From a virus: 64,000 nucleotides of DNA. The stretch is from the IMG/VR virus record IMGVR_UViG_3300028841_000078; one strand, given 5' to 3'. The notes under the pieces were generated by a model. It did no database searches, had not been told where the DNA came from, and saw only the letters and a program-made list of their open reading frames with translations. Numbering within the stretch: position 1 is the first letter of the stretch; each line of letters opens with the position of its first letter. Shown here in pieces: positions 46,057-55,490 of this stretch. The translations under genes were made by a program, and so were the position numbers.

Positions 46057-47107
46057 CACCAAACTTCCGCCGATCTTCAACGCCTCCACCGCCGACACCG
46101 CGCTGCTGAAGCTAGTTCAAAAGCGTCAAGCCGAGGGGGTCCACCCGCTGCGCTGGCATATCCCTTACTTTGACAACACCGCCTTCCCCTTGTTCCCCAC
46201 ATGGTCGTATCTGATCTGTGGGCGACCGGGCAGCATGAAGTCCACGCTCCTAGCCTATCTGGTCAAGATGTGGGGCAAGGACTTAGCCGTTGAGAACGAG
46301 GGGCGCGACCTGAAGCGAGTCGGCATCATCTATCGGCCTGAAGAAACCGTTGAACAGGCCCGTCATGCCACATGGGAATACAAGGCCACTAGTTACGTCG
46401 ATATCTTGAACGGCAAGCCCAAGATTGAGGACATGAAGAAGATCATCGCCATGCAAAAGCAGCCGCCGATTCTGTATATGGGTCAGACGGAGGTGAAAGA
46501 ACTCGCCCCCACTGCCCGGATTAACCGGGGGCGGGTGTCCACGCGAGATCTGTGGCGGGCGTGTGAGGCGGTCAAAAAGGGGCAGTTCTTTGAGAAAACA
46601 GAGATTGCGTTCTTAGCCGTGGACGGAATGCACCTGCTTGACGACGAATCTCACGAACGAAAGAAGGTCGAGCGCATGGCAAACGTGCCGACTGAACTGA
46701 ACGCCATCGGCTTTGACTTTGACTGCAGCATCATCGTCACCACCCAAGCCACCCAAAAAGGCACCAAAGATCAGAAAGATTCGATTCCGCGCATGGAGGA
46801 CATCGCGTGGAACTCGACCGCATCCCAAGACTTTTATGCCTTTCTAGGGGTGGAGCGGTTGGTTAAAAAGCCCAATATCACGATGGCAAAGATGAATGCA
46901 CTGGGTCTTTGGGAGGGAGACTTTGTAAAGGTGCAGGACGAACAAAACAAAAAATACGAGGTGCCCATCACGATCAATCTGATGACCGCGATGTTCGACA
47001 AGTTTCGCGGCACCCGTAACTGTGAATCAAGGCGCTTTGCGATGTGGGCGGAGGAGGATGGCGACATCACCCAAAAGCATCTGCCCGCATTTCAGAAAGG
47101 ACTTTAG
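46046..47107 (+). CDS. DnaB/RecA-fold replicative helicase
   Basis: Walker A GRPGSMKST, Walker B LAVDGMHLL, IIVTTQ, DKFRG arginine finger. Confidence 0.8.
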   Translation: MNLDTKLPPIFNASTADTALLKLVQKRQAEGVHPLRWHIPYFDNTAFPLFPTWSYLICGRPGSMKSTLLAYLVKMWGKDLAVENEGRDLKRVGIIYRPEETVEQARHATWEYKATSYVDILNGKPKIEDMKKIIAMQKQPPILYMGQTEVKELAPTARINRGRVSTRDLWRACEAVKKGQFFEKTEIAFLAVDGMHLLDDESHERKKVERMANVPTELNAIGFDFDCSIIVTTQATQKGTKDQKDSIPRMEDIAWNSTASQDFYAFLGVERLVKKPNITMAKMNALGLWEGDFVKVQDEQNKKYEVPITINLMTAMFDKFRGTRNCESRRFAMWAEEDGDITQKHLPAFQKGL

Positions 47108-47174
47108 TTCAACTCACGCGGGTCGTAACGGATTCGCGTGAGTTATCACATCGATGTGACATCCTAGGTGACCT

Positions 47175-48152
47175 ATGACAACTCCCCGTTTCGACAAAGA
47201 CGCTCTCAAACGACAAATCCCAATTGAAGAAGTCATTGCGGCAGATCACCCACTCAAACAAAAAAGTCCTAGATTGCTAGTCGGTGCCGCCGACGACTGC
47301 GATAGCTTAATGGTCGAGGTCGATAAACAGATGTTCAGTTGGTGGCGACCCGGCTGGCACGGCGATGTCTTTGTCTACCTGATGGAGACGCGCAACATCG
47401 ACTTTCGGGAAGCCTTACGCATCTTGGCTGAGTTTCGGTCAGCCTGCCCAGACATCCCGCCGCCCAAAGCCTTTAAGCAATACGACGAAAAGCCCAAGCC
47501 CGCCATTGACCCGACCCTGCCAGACCGGTTGCACAACAACCTGTTAGACAACACCGTGGCCCTTGATTACCTGATCAATCGCGGCATCGGCTTTGATGAC
47601 ATCACCCGCTACAAACTAGGCTTCCAGTCGAATTACTTAGGCCAAGGCGACATCATCGCCATCCCGGTCTACGATGGCGAGAAACTCATGAACATGCGCT
47701 TTCGGCGCATGGTGGACAGCAAACAGTCCAAGCTACCGCGCTATGGCTACATGCTCACCGGTCACGGTGCCCAACTGTATAACGCCGCGCTGCTCGATCA
47801 AAAGCGCGATACGGTCTACATCGTGGAGGGTGAGTTCAAGGCCATCACCGCCAACGCCTTTGACCTGCCCGCAGTCGGCATCATGGGCGCGTCCTCAATG
47901 AAAACTGAATGGTTTGGCCGGTTCAAGTCTGCCCGCCGGGTGATCGTCGCACTCGACAATGATCAACGTCCGTTTGAGTTACCGTGGGTGAAGGGCCTTG
48001 CCGCCGCACATGGCAACGTGCGGGTCATTCAACTCTACGACAAGATCGATGACCTTTTACTGAGTGGAGGCGCATCGTTCGTATTGAGCGCCAGCGAATC
48101 TGCTCAAAAGGTTATTCCTGATGAAAGTCAAAAACAACCAAGATACGGTTAA
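47175..48152 (+). CDS. DnaG-type/TOPRIM primase
   Basis: GDVF..LM....DFREAL; YIVEGEFKAI; IVALDND. Confidence 0.85.
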   Translation: MTTPRFDKDALKRQIPIEEVIAADHPLKQKSPRLLVGAADDCDSLMVEVDKQMFSWWRPGWHGDVFVYLMETRNIDFREALRILAEFRSACPDIPPPKAFKQYDEKPKPAIDPTLPDRLHNNLLDNTVALDYLINRGIGFDDITRYKLGFQSNYLGQGDIIAIPVYDGEKLMNMRFRRMVDSKQSKLPRYGYMLTGHGAQLYNAALLDQKRDTVYIVEGEFKAITANAFDLPAVGIMGASSMKTEWFGRFKSARRVIVALDNDQRPFELPWVKGLAAAHGNVRVIQLYDKIDDLLLSGGASFVLSASESAQKVIPDESQKQPRYG

Positions 48153-48654
48153 TAAGATCGGCAAACGTGCCGCTGTCGAACTAGCCCTGTCCAAAGCGCC
48201 AAAGGCAAAACATCCCTTTGGCGCTTTTGGCGAGGCGGTCATTCTTGCCAACGGCAAACCCTATTTCCCCTCACCGGCTGAGGTGATGCGGGCAGAGCGG
48301 GTGGTCTTGCCTTACATCGTCAGCTTCTATGTCTCACATGGCCGGGTGCCCAGCGCGGTCGAATGCAGCCAAGACTTGAATATCTCAAGCATTGACCGAG
48401 TTCGCAAGCTCTTTCACATCCTAATCGGGCGCGGGCACCTGAGCAAGTCATCAACCGGCGGCTTCATGCAACTCGTCGGCCACGCTGACCAAAAGGGCGC
48501 GGCGGAGTTGCTCAAGCAAATCACCCCGGAATACTTGAAAGGGCTGGACGCGCTGGACAGCAAAACCCGCGACGACATGCTGGCGCTGATTAAATTTGTG
48601 GCACTCACAAAATGGGTGTTGCCTGCAGGAGAGGTGAAATGGGGAAAGAGTTAA
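48121..48654 (+). CDS. LexA-like wHTH DNA-binding protein without peptidase domain
   Basis: GRVPSAVECSQDLNISSIDRVRKLFHILIGRGHL. Confidence 0.65.
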   Translation: MKVKNNQDTVNKIGKRAAVELALSKAPKAKHPFGAFGEAVILANGKPYFPSPAEVMRAERVVLPYIVSFYVSHGRVPSAVECSQDLNISSIDRVRKLFHILIGRGHLSKSSTGGFMQLVGHADQKGAAELLKQITPEYLKGLDALDSKTRDDMLALIKFVALTKWVLPAGEVKWGKS

Positions 48655-49169
48655 TCATGGGGCTGGACCTTGGCATCGCCTCCCCCTGCGGGGTGGCGGT
48701 CATTAACTACGACACCGAGAAACTGCTCTTTTGCTTTCAGGTAGAGCAGCCGTTTAGCAAGGGCAGGCACCCGACCGAGCAAAAGATCATGGCGATGGTG
48801 GACGCGGTTGACAAAGCCTGTCGTGACATCTGGCCGCTTTCGGCGTGGTGCGGCTTTGAGGCCGCGCCTTTCATGCAGAACCGAAAAATATACGGCGACA
48901 TGGCCCGACTGTCCGGGGCGCTCATGTGGATGCTGCGGTCGCGTGGGGTGGGGTATCAGAATATCTCCGTCTCAGAGGCCAAGGGGTCACTTGGACTGAC
49001 GGCGGGTAAAAGCGACAAGGCCGATGTGCAGCGCATGGTGCGCGGTATCTACGGCGAGTCGATTGGGGCGGTGCCTGAACATGCCGCCGATGCCGTGGCC
49101 GTGGCCCGCGCCACAGTGCTACGCATCAAAAACATTCAAGCCGAAATGAAAGCGGCGGCGTTTATGTAA
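48639..49169 (+). CDS. ruvC: RuvC-like Holliday junction resolvase
   Basis: IMGLDLG, FE, SEAK...GKSDKADV, HAADAVAVA. Confidence 0.85.
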   Translation: MGKELIMGLDLGIASPCGVAVINYDTEKLLFCFQVEQPFSKGRHPTEQKIMAMVDAVDKACRDIWPLSAWCGFEAAPFMQNRKIYGDMARLSGALMWMLRSRGVGYQNISVSEAKGSLGLTAGKSDKADVQRMVRGIYGESIGAVPEHAADAVAVARATVLRIKNIQAEMKAAAFM

Positions 49170-49213
49170 CAGTGAAAATCCTGCTTATCAGGGTTTTGGT
49201 CAATAGGAGATTT

Positions 49214-49549
49214 ATGGCTAAGAAATTCTTTTCATACGACCCACTTGAAGGGATGTTGTTTTGGGATACAGCAGAGCAAGCCAAGGCCGAAGCCGAACGG
49301 GCATTGAGTGGCAATGTGGACTTTGGCGAGTGGTCATCGCAAGAGGATGAGATTGAGTTGATTTGTTGGGGCGCTGTCACTGAGGCCGCCACTTGCACTC
49401 TACGCAAGGAGCGACCGTCTTTGGCCGAACTGGATAACGAGGGGTACAGCAAGGATGGCACATGGTGGGGGCGCAATGTTGATTCAATTTTGGATTTCAA
49501 GATGAAGCCAATCAGTGAACACATGGAGCCTATCAGAGCAAAACCCTGA
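49214..49549 (+). CDS. hypothetical protein
   Basis: AGGAG RBS. Confidence 0.6.
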   Translation: MAKKFFSYDPLEGMLFWDTAEQAKAEAERALSGNVDFGEWSSQEDEIELICWGAVTEAATCTLRKERPSLAELDNEGYSKDGTWWGRNVDSILDFKMKPISEHMEPIRAKP

Positions 49550-49567
49550 TAAGGCACGTTATCAAGG

Positions 49568-50110
49568 TCACCCGTCCCACTCTTTGCTAAAGACCGCAAC
49601 CTTGCCGCCGGGGATATCGATGTGGGTGGCTGCGATATTCTTGATCTCGATCTTGGTTACGGCGGCGGCGGCTTTGATTAGGATGTTGGCAAGTCGCTCC
49701 TGCGCCCGGAGTGCCTCTTTGTAATCTGGGTCGTCGATTCCTAAGCCATCTTCACGCAGCTTGTTGATGCGTTCAACCACAGCGGCGTGAGCCTCAAGCG
49801 CGGTCTTAACCGCCTGAGACACGCCGATGTAGCTGGTCGTTTGGGCTTGTGCGGCGGCAATCTCCTTGACCGCTAAGACATAGGCCGTGCGACGGTTCCA
49901 CCAGTCATTCATCGCGGCGGTGGTCAACAGGTCTTTCTCATCCGGGTAAACACGGGCGAGATACTCAGTGATGCTTTCGGTCAGCATGGAGTTTCGGCTG
50001 AACTCAAGGAACCGCGAATAATCAACCTCAGTCTCTTGAGGCCAGCGCTCCCATGCTTGGGCGGGGGCGGCAACGGGGGTATCGACGGTGGCAAGGTTTA
50101 GTGATGGCAT
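49568..50110 (-). CDS. terminase small subunit-like protein
   Basis: WERWPQETEVDYSRFLEF...WWNRRTAY pattern typical of TerS-like proteins; -10 TATGCT at leaderless distance. Confidence 0.55.
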   Translation of the reverse strand: MPSLNLATVDTPVAAPAQAWERWPQETEVDYSRFLEFSRNSMLTESITEYLARVYPDEKDLLTTAAMNDWWNRRTAYVLAVKEIAAAQAQTTSYIGVSQAVKTALEAHAAVVERINKLREDGLGIDDPDYKEALRAQERLANILIKAAAAVTKIEIKNIAATHIDIPGGKVAVFSKEWDG

Positions 50111-50279
50111 CAAACAAGCATATCAAAACCTGCAGACATGTCACATCAATGTGACAGGCAACCGGAATTGCCAATAAACGCTCAGACAACGCCTGTGTGA
50201 TATCGATAAATATCTTGTGTCTGAGCGTGGAAAATGGTAAAACTGAGTTAAATCATCATTCATCCACAATGCGGACACT

Positions 50280-50510
50280 ATGAACAACGATATTCAAATC
50301 CGACGCTTAGAGTTCACCATCCAAAGCCTGTTGGTTCGTCTGGCCGATGCCCGCTTCGGCAACCCGCACGAGTCTGCCTCAGCGGTGGCCGCATGGTCGA
50401 ACTTCATCGATCTCCCCAGTGAGAGTTTGTCTGAACGTGCCGCCCGCGATCTTGAGGTCGAGAAACTTATCAACCAACTTACACCGAGGCCAAGCGATGA
50501 TCAACTGTGA
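50280..50510 (+). CDS. hypothetical protein
   Basis: Class-B-like promoter upstream. Confidence 0.55.
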   Translation: MNNDIQIRRLEFTIQSLLVRLADARFGNPHESASAVAAWSNFIDLPSESLSERAARDLEVEKLINQLTPRPSDDQL

Positions 50511-50563
50511 ATTTGTCCTTGTCCTCTTGATTGTGGCGGTGCTGCTCAGTCTTAGGTCTAAAT

Positions 50564-51286
50564 ATGATTGAAACCACTTACGAATTGTTCAACGAAGATT
50601 GCACTAAGTTTTTACGTGAGGCGAAAGACAAACAGTATCAGGTGGTCGTGACTGACCCGCCGTATGGGATTAACGAGAACGAGAAGAAAATCATGTCGCG
50701 TGGCTCAAAGGCAGCGCCCCCGATTGACTATGGCGTGGTCGATTGGGACAAGGAACGGGTGCCCGACGAACTGATCATCAACTGCCTTCGCATCAGCAAG
50801 CAGCAGGTGATCTTCGGCGGCAATTACTACATCGATCTGTTGCGCCCCGGCCCCTCATGGATTGTCTGGGACAAGCAAAACAGCGGCGACTTTGCGGACT
50901 GTGAACTGGCGTGGACCAGCCACAACAAGGCGGTGCGTAAGTTCACCCACATGTGGAATGGCTTCTTGAAGAAAGTCCCTGAGAAGCGATACCACCCCAC
51001 TCAAAAGCCACTAGCCCTCATGCAGTGGGTGATTGAGAACTACACCGAACTCGGCGACACCGTGATCGACCCGTTTATGGGCAGCGGCACGACCGGGGTC
51101 GCGTGTGTGATGCTTGGCCGAAACTTTATCGGCATCGAGCGCAATGAACGTTATTTCGAGGATGCCAAGATGCGGATTGAGTTTGCCTCTAGTCAACCCA
51201 CACTGCTAGGTCTAATGAATGGGGTGGGGCAGGTTGATCTAACGCAAGGCTCAATCGATTTTGGCGAGTCTGAATTATTCAAATAA
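50564..51286 (+). CDS. DNA N6-adenine/N4-cytosine methyltransferase (beta class)
   Basis: VTDPPY, HPTQKP, VIDPFMGSGTTG. Confidence 0.9.
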   Translation: MIETTYELFNEDCTKFLREAKDKQYQVVVTDPPYGINENEKKIMSRGSKAAPPIDYGVVDWDKERVPDELIINCLRISKQQVIFGGNYYIDLLRPGPSWIVWDKQNSGDFADCELAWTSHNKAVRKFTHMWNGFLKKVPEKRYHPTQKPLALMQWVIENYTELGDTVIDPFMGSGTTGVACVMLGRNFIGIERNERYFEDAKMRIEFASSQPTLLGLMNGVGQVDLTQGSIDFGESELFK

Positions 51287-51298
51287 GGAGATCTAAAA

Positions 51299-51880
51299 GT
51301 GACAGAACAAAAGAAAGAAATTGACAAGATCGATTTTCTCAGTTGCCGCTGGTTACCAACCCCTGATGACAATGTTGTATTAGGGGTCGTGATGGTGCGC
51401 GACTCTGACGGAGTGCCCTTTGTCAAGGCGGCAACCTGTTCAGCCAAAAGAAGCGCGGTAGACAATGCCGCCGCCATCTTGGAGCGTGGCGGGCGTATCT
51501 ACGCCACAGATGCCAACGTCATTCAAGCCTTTCTGCAGGACAAGAAAGACAGTGAAATCTTCAAGGTCGCCGAAGGCGGGCACCCCAAAAAGATCGTGTT
51601 CTATCGCTGGATTCAATGGGTGCTTGAACTGATGGGCCAAGAGCAGGAGTATGGGCGTTACCTGATTCAAGACCCCAACTGGGCGCGTTGCTTTGAGGAT
51701 GAAATGTCACCGACCGCCGCACTAGGCGAGGCGGTCGATGCCGGGATTGTGATTCAAAAAGAGGACAAGTGGGTTGTGGTCGATGAGGCGGAGCTAAAAG
51801 AAATGATTGGCAAGGCCATTGCCGATATGATCGGCAGTGTTGCTGATGAGGTTAAGAACGATGTTAAACCTGCCGCTTGA
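51299..51880 (+). CDS. hypothetical protein
   Basis: AAGGAG RBS, GTG start. Confidence 0.6.
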   Translation: MTEQKKEIDKIDFLSCRWLPTPDDNVVLGVVMVRDSDGVPFVKAATCSAKRSAVDNAAAILERGGRIYATDANVIQAFLQDKKDSEIFKVAEGGHPKKIVFYRWIQWVLELMGQEQEYGRYLIQDPNWARCFEDEMSPTAALGEAVDAGIVIQKEDKWVVVDEAELKEMIGKAIADMIGSVADEVKNDVKPAA

Positions 51881-52154
51881 GGTCCAAAACGATTCCAAGA
51901 TTGTCGATGTCATGTGGCTGCGGCCCGGTCAAGGGACAAACTTTGGCATCGTGCTGGTTGAGACGCTATCGGGCAATAAGGCCTATGTTGGTTCGTGCTT
52001 TGGCTACGATGAGCAGGTTGATGCACTGCATATCTATCACACCGGAGCCAAGATTTTGGCAGAGCAAGCCGTGACGATGGCCGCGCACATGATGGCGCAC
52101 AGGGAAGGAGAGGACGACAAATCCCATGAAAGAGACAATCAAAAGACTTTATGA
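51861..52154 (+). CDS. hypothetical protein, similar to the N-terminus of 51299-51880
   Basis: Both contain W-x-x-x-x-x-x-x-x-G(I/V)VxV followed by an AxxI..xG.(K/R)I motif. Confidence 0.55.
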   Translation: MLNLPLEVQNDSKIVDVMWLRPGQGTNFGIVLVETLSGNKAYVGSCFGYDEQVDALHIYHTGAKILAEQAVTMAAHMMAHREGEDDKSHERDNQKTL

Positions 52155-52368
52155 ACGACTTGGCTGGCGCACAATGTTCTTTGGCAAAGAGGAAAGCGTC
52201 GAGGTCAATCAGCAATGCGACTACGACACCGGCAAGCCTGAGTTTCTTTGCTCCATAGAGATCAGAGCACATCACATCGATGTGACGACCGCCGAGGCTC
52301 TGGTTAATGACATCAAGGCGGCGATTACACAGGCGCGGACGTGGAATCGCGGAGTAATTGAACTGTGA
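52126..52368 (+). CDS. hypothetical protein
   Basis: GGAGG RBS; contains a palindrome copy (HIDVT). Confidence 0.55.
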   Translation: MKETIKRLYERLGWRTMFFGKEESVEVNQQCDYDTGKPEFLCSIEIRAHHIDVTTAEALVNDIKAAITQARTWNRGVIEL

Positions 52369-52571
52369 AACAAATAGAACTAAGAACATACGGCGATATG
52401 TTTGTCGCACATGTATACATTTCTCCATTTCAGGAAATGCCCGAAGCCGTTGTGTGGGGCCAGAGAATCTTTATCCACCGTAAAGATTTAATTTACGACG
52501 AGGGCATGTGCGCTGTGGCTTATGACTCAGAAGTGCCGCCGCATGTAGGCATAGGGTCACAGGGTAATTGA
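52365..52571 (+). CDS. hypothetical protein
   Basis: GTGA coupling. Confidence 0.5.
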   Translation: MKQIELRTYGDMFVAHVYISPFQEMPEAVVWGQRIFIHRKDLIYDEGMCAVAYDSEVPPHVGIGSQGN

Positions 52572-52574
52572 ACC

Positions 52575-52928
52575 ATGAATGAACCTCTAACCGTGGAATG
52601 GGTTGACTTTAACGACCCACGACTAAGCGACGACAAAACAATTGGCTGGATGGGAGGATGGGTGCGCGGCGAACAATGGGATGAATATCTCAAACTTATT
52701 GCCGAGCAGTGGCACCCTTACATGAACGCGGTCAAAGACTCTATCATCGCCAACAACATCAAATGCACCGGGTCAGAACATTCCGAGGGCGAAGGCTTTA
52801 CCCCGCTGTTCAGCGATGGTTATCAGCTTGGCCTGACGTGGCGGGCATGGGGCGACCTGATGGCGGCGGTATGGAACACCGCTGAGGACACCAATCGATA
52901 CAGTTACACAAATTTTTACATGAGTTAG
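52575..52928 (+). CDS. conserved phage hypothetical protein
   Basis: PLFSDG...TWRAWGDLMAAVWN. Confidence 0.65.
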   Translation: MNEPLTVEWVDFNDPRLSDDKTIGWMGGWVRGEQWDEYLKLIAEQWHPYMNAVKDSIIANNIKCTGSEHSEGEGFTPLFSDGYQLGLTWRAWGDLMAAVWNTAEDTNRYSYTNFYMS

Positions 52929-52970
52929 CCATATTAACACAATGGCGATTAAGTTAATATAAGGAGATAA

Positions 52971-53291
52971 GTGACAACGCAGAATAATAAACAGGAGACT
53001 ACGGCAATGAACCGTGCCCACCCTTTTGTAAAGGCGCTTGAGGCTGCTGATTGGCAGGTTCAGGCGAAACTTTGTAATCCCGGCGTGATTGTGATGATGC
53101 GAATGTTGACCGAGCCACTGCTGTTCATTTACAGCCACGGACTCATTGAGTTGGGCTACGAAGATAGTCCAAAGCGCAAGTCAATTTGCCGCCCCAAGCA
53201 TGACCCATTTGAGAAGATGAGTGAGTGGGTCAAGCCGATTCGCCAGCTATGGATGGAAGAAACTGAACGGAGACGACTCAACCATGTCTAA
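52971..53291 (+). CDS. hypothetical protein
   Basis: AAGGAG RBS. Confidence 0.55.
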   Translation: MTTQNNKQETTAMNRAHPFVKALEAADWQVQAKLCNPGVIVMMRMLTEPLLFIYSHGLIELGYEDSPKRKSICRPKHDPFEKMSEWVKPIRQLWMEETERRRLNHV

Positions 53292-53679
53292 GCAAATGAC
53301 AGCACCGCAATTTTTGACGGTGATATTTATTGGCGCACTTGTCTTTGCCCTACTCCAGTCTTGCAACTCGTCGCGCACGATTGAGAACAAGGAAGGGCGA
53401 CTGGGCGAGGTGCGCGATGCGATTTATTCGATTGAACCCCGCGCCAACAATGCTTATGTGGTTTGGTTACGCTATGACAACGAGGGCGTGTATTGCACAG
53501 ATGACTTTGCCAAGGTTGCCAAGCTGAGGCAGATTCACAAAGAAGGCACCGGTTGGGCTTACATGAGCTATCACACACTGGCCTACGGCGACAACACAAA
53601 CGTCTGCTACAACGTGGAATCCACCCCCACCCACACGATCTACATCATCAACGACTTTAGCGAGGTTAAGCCGAACTGA
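53284..53679 (+). CDS. putative lipoprotein
   Basis: Hydrophobic N-terminus ending LLQSC. Confidence 0.55.
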   Translation: MSKQMTAPQFLTVIFIGALVFALLQSCNSSRTIENKEGRLGEVRDAIYSIEPRANNAYVVWLRYDNEGVYCTDDFAKVAKLRQIHKEGTGWAYMSYHTLAYGDNTNVCYNVESTPTHTIYIINDFSEVKPN

Positions 53680-53768
53680 TGTGGCGCGATGCTACAAATA
53701 ATTCCCCGGTGCTGCCGCGTCTAACAATCATGGAAGGCGTGTCACATCGATGTGACAAGGAGATTCAA

Positions 53769-53981
53769 ATGCCCGATCTTGAAGATTTTGCTCCGTGGCC
53801 TGAACATGGAACGTTTATCACCATTCTGTCGATTTATGCCCGCAAAATTGGCGGCGACCTTTACAAGGTTGTTTCAGTAGATGCGACGATGAACGAGATC
53901 AAACTGCAGCACACCGGATACAAACACTTTTATTGGATAGGGACTTATCAACAGCTAATTGATGAGTTTTACCTCAGATGA
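53769..53981 (+). CDS. hypothetical protein
   Basis: AAGGAG RBS directly after a palindrome copy. Confidence 0.55.
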   Translation: MPDLEDFAPWPEHGTFITILSIYARKIGGDLYKVVSVDATMNEIKLQHTGYKHFYWIGTYQQLIDEFYLR

Positions 53982-54283
53982 GCGACCTAGCCGACGACTT
54001 CCGGGCGATGACTGAGCGCAAGAATGCCAAGCGAAAGAGCAACACGATTCGGTCCACTCGTATCTTAGACGACCTCAAGATCGGCTACCAGTCTCACAAC
54101 AACGGGGCACACCTGATTATTCGATATCAGGGCAGAACCATTGACTTTTGGCCTTCGACCGGCAAGTGGCAAAACCGCTATACGACTGACAAAACGGTTC
54201 ATCGTGGCATATTCCCACTCCTAAATTCACTAGGAATCGAAACTAAGAAGGGCAGCTATGGCAATCGTATCACCGTCAGTTAG
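53978..54283 (+). CDS. conserved phage hypothetical protein
   Basis: HLII...TIDFWPSTGKW. Confidence 0.65.
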   Translation: MSDLADDFRAMTERKNAKRKSNTIRSTRILDDLKIGYQSHNNGAHLIIRYQGRTIDFWPSTGKWQNRYTTDKTVHRGIFPLLNSLGIETKKGSYGNRITVS

Positions 54284-54569
54284 TCAATTCATCCAGATCA
54301 CCCCGGCAACCGGCTGGTCGGCTGTGGTGCAATACCGCAACGATGGCGGGCTGGTCAGCCAGATCTATCCGGTGCTGTGCTTTGCGCTGCGAACCGATGG
54401 GGTTGTGGTGCCGCTTATCACCAATACCTCACCCGCAATTGTCGATGCGACCAAGGAGCCGGGGTATCAGGGCATGTATCACTCAAGCGAGAGTGCCTAT
54501 GTCAATGTCGAGGGCACCGTGGTCTTTATGAACAACACCCTAGGCCGCCAAACACAGGAGGAGTCTTAA
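54258..54569 (+). CDS. hypothetical protein
   Basis: ORF in operon. Confidence 0.5.
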   Translation: MAIVSPSVSQFIQITPATGWSAVVQYRNDGGLVSQIYPVLCFALRTDGVVVPLITNTSPAIVDATKEPGYQGMYHSSESAYVNVEGTVVFMNNTLGRQTQEES

Positions 54570-54893
54570 ATGCCCAAAGGTAGACGATCGCCACCCATTC
54601 CGCGCACCGAGCATCAGTATCAAATGGACATGCGCCATGACCCGACTATGGCCTTTCTGTTTGATCTGACCCACGACGAACAAACCAAGTATCACCTCTA
54701 CGTCTTGCACGAAGGGTATTGCGGTGCCCATGTTGGCCGACTGTGCAACTGTCACGCCGATGTGGACCTATACAAAAAGGCAGAAACAGAAGATGGAACC
54801 CCAACCAAGATCGCCGAGCTTCACCCCGAAAGAAACCGGCGCGGTGAACGAATACAGCCGATACGTGTCGTCAGTTTTAGACAAGGTGGCTGA
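54570..54893 (+). CDS. Cys/His-containing hypothetical protein
   Basis: GGAGGAG RBS; HEGYC...CNCHAD. Confidence 0.55.
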   Translation: MPKGRRSPPIPRTEHQYQMDMRHDPTMAFLFDLTHDEQTKYHLYVLHEGYCGAHVGRLCNCHADVDLYKKAETEDGTPTKIAELHPERNRRGERIQPIRVVSFRQGG

Positions 54894-55089
54894 GGCACTG
54901 GGCGACGAGGAACTGCCCACCTATCTCTGGAACGCCTTTATGAATGCCATGATGAAGCACCCGCCGACCCCGATGATGATGAAGGAGTATCAAGATGCTG
55001 TGATCTCAGAGCAACTACGCGCCAAATGGAGGCAAGATGCCGAACAACAAATACCCGATGGTGGTTTCATTCCCGGTCAGCCCCAATAA
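54793..55089 (+). CDS. hypothetical protein (start uncertain)
   Basis: Helical ORF overlapping both neighbours. Confidence 0.4.
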   Translation: MEPQPRSPSFTPKETGAVNEYSRYVSSVLDKVAEALGDEELPTYLWNAFMNAMMKHPPTPMMMKEYQDAVISEQLRAKWRQDAEQQIPDGGFIPGQPQ

Positions 55090-55339
55090 CGGTATTGCTG
55101 CCACGCCGGGGGACTATCTCAAGACCCAAACCAAACTGCACGTTACCTACAAAAGCGCCGATCATGCGGCGTTTTTGTTGTACCTGTCCGGGGATAAGTC
55201 GCCGGAAATTCTGGCCGGGGCGTGTCGCTACCTTGAAACAGAATTGCCCTATATCCCCCCACCCCCACCCCCACCTGAACCCCCCGCCCAGTCAGCCAAG
55301 ATCAACGATGAAACGCAAGGCCAACTCAACCTCTTTTAG
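55037..55339 (+). CDS. hypothetical protein with poly-Pro tract
   Basis: GGAGG RBS. Confidence 0.5.
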   Translation: MPNNKYPMVVSFPVSPNNGIAATPGDYLKTQTKLHVTYKSADHAAFLLYLSGDKSPEILAGACRYLETELPYIPPPPPPPEPPAQSAKINDETQGQLNLF

Positions 55340-55490
55340 TCCGCTTGGGCAGCGTCATCTTGCCCAAAATCTGCACACCCCGACCCCAATTAAAAAGGGT
55401 GACCCGGTGATTCGCCGCGCCACCCTTTTAGTGTTCATCTTGGCAACCATTGTTGCCGTGGTTTTTATTGTCACATCGATGTGACACCGA

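Larger units (their letters stand above)
173..50270. promoter_or_regulatory. class-B promoter motif GCGTGAGTTA-N14-xAnnnT (about 8 copies)
   Basis: Minus strand 173-182 and 9986-9995; plus strand 10009, 11207, 30959, 38143, 47136, and core TGAGTTA ending at 50250. Confidence 0.7.
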
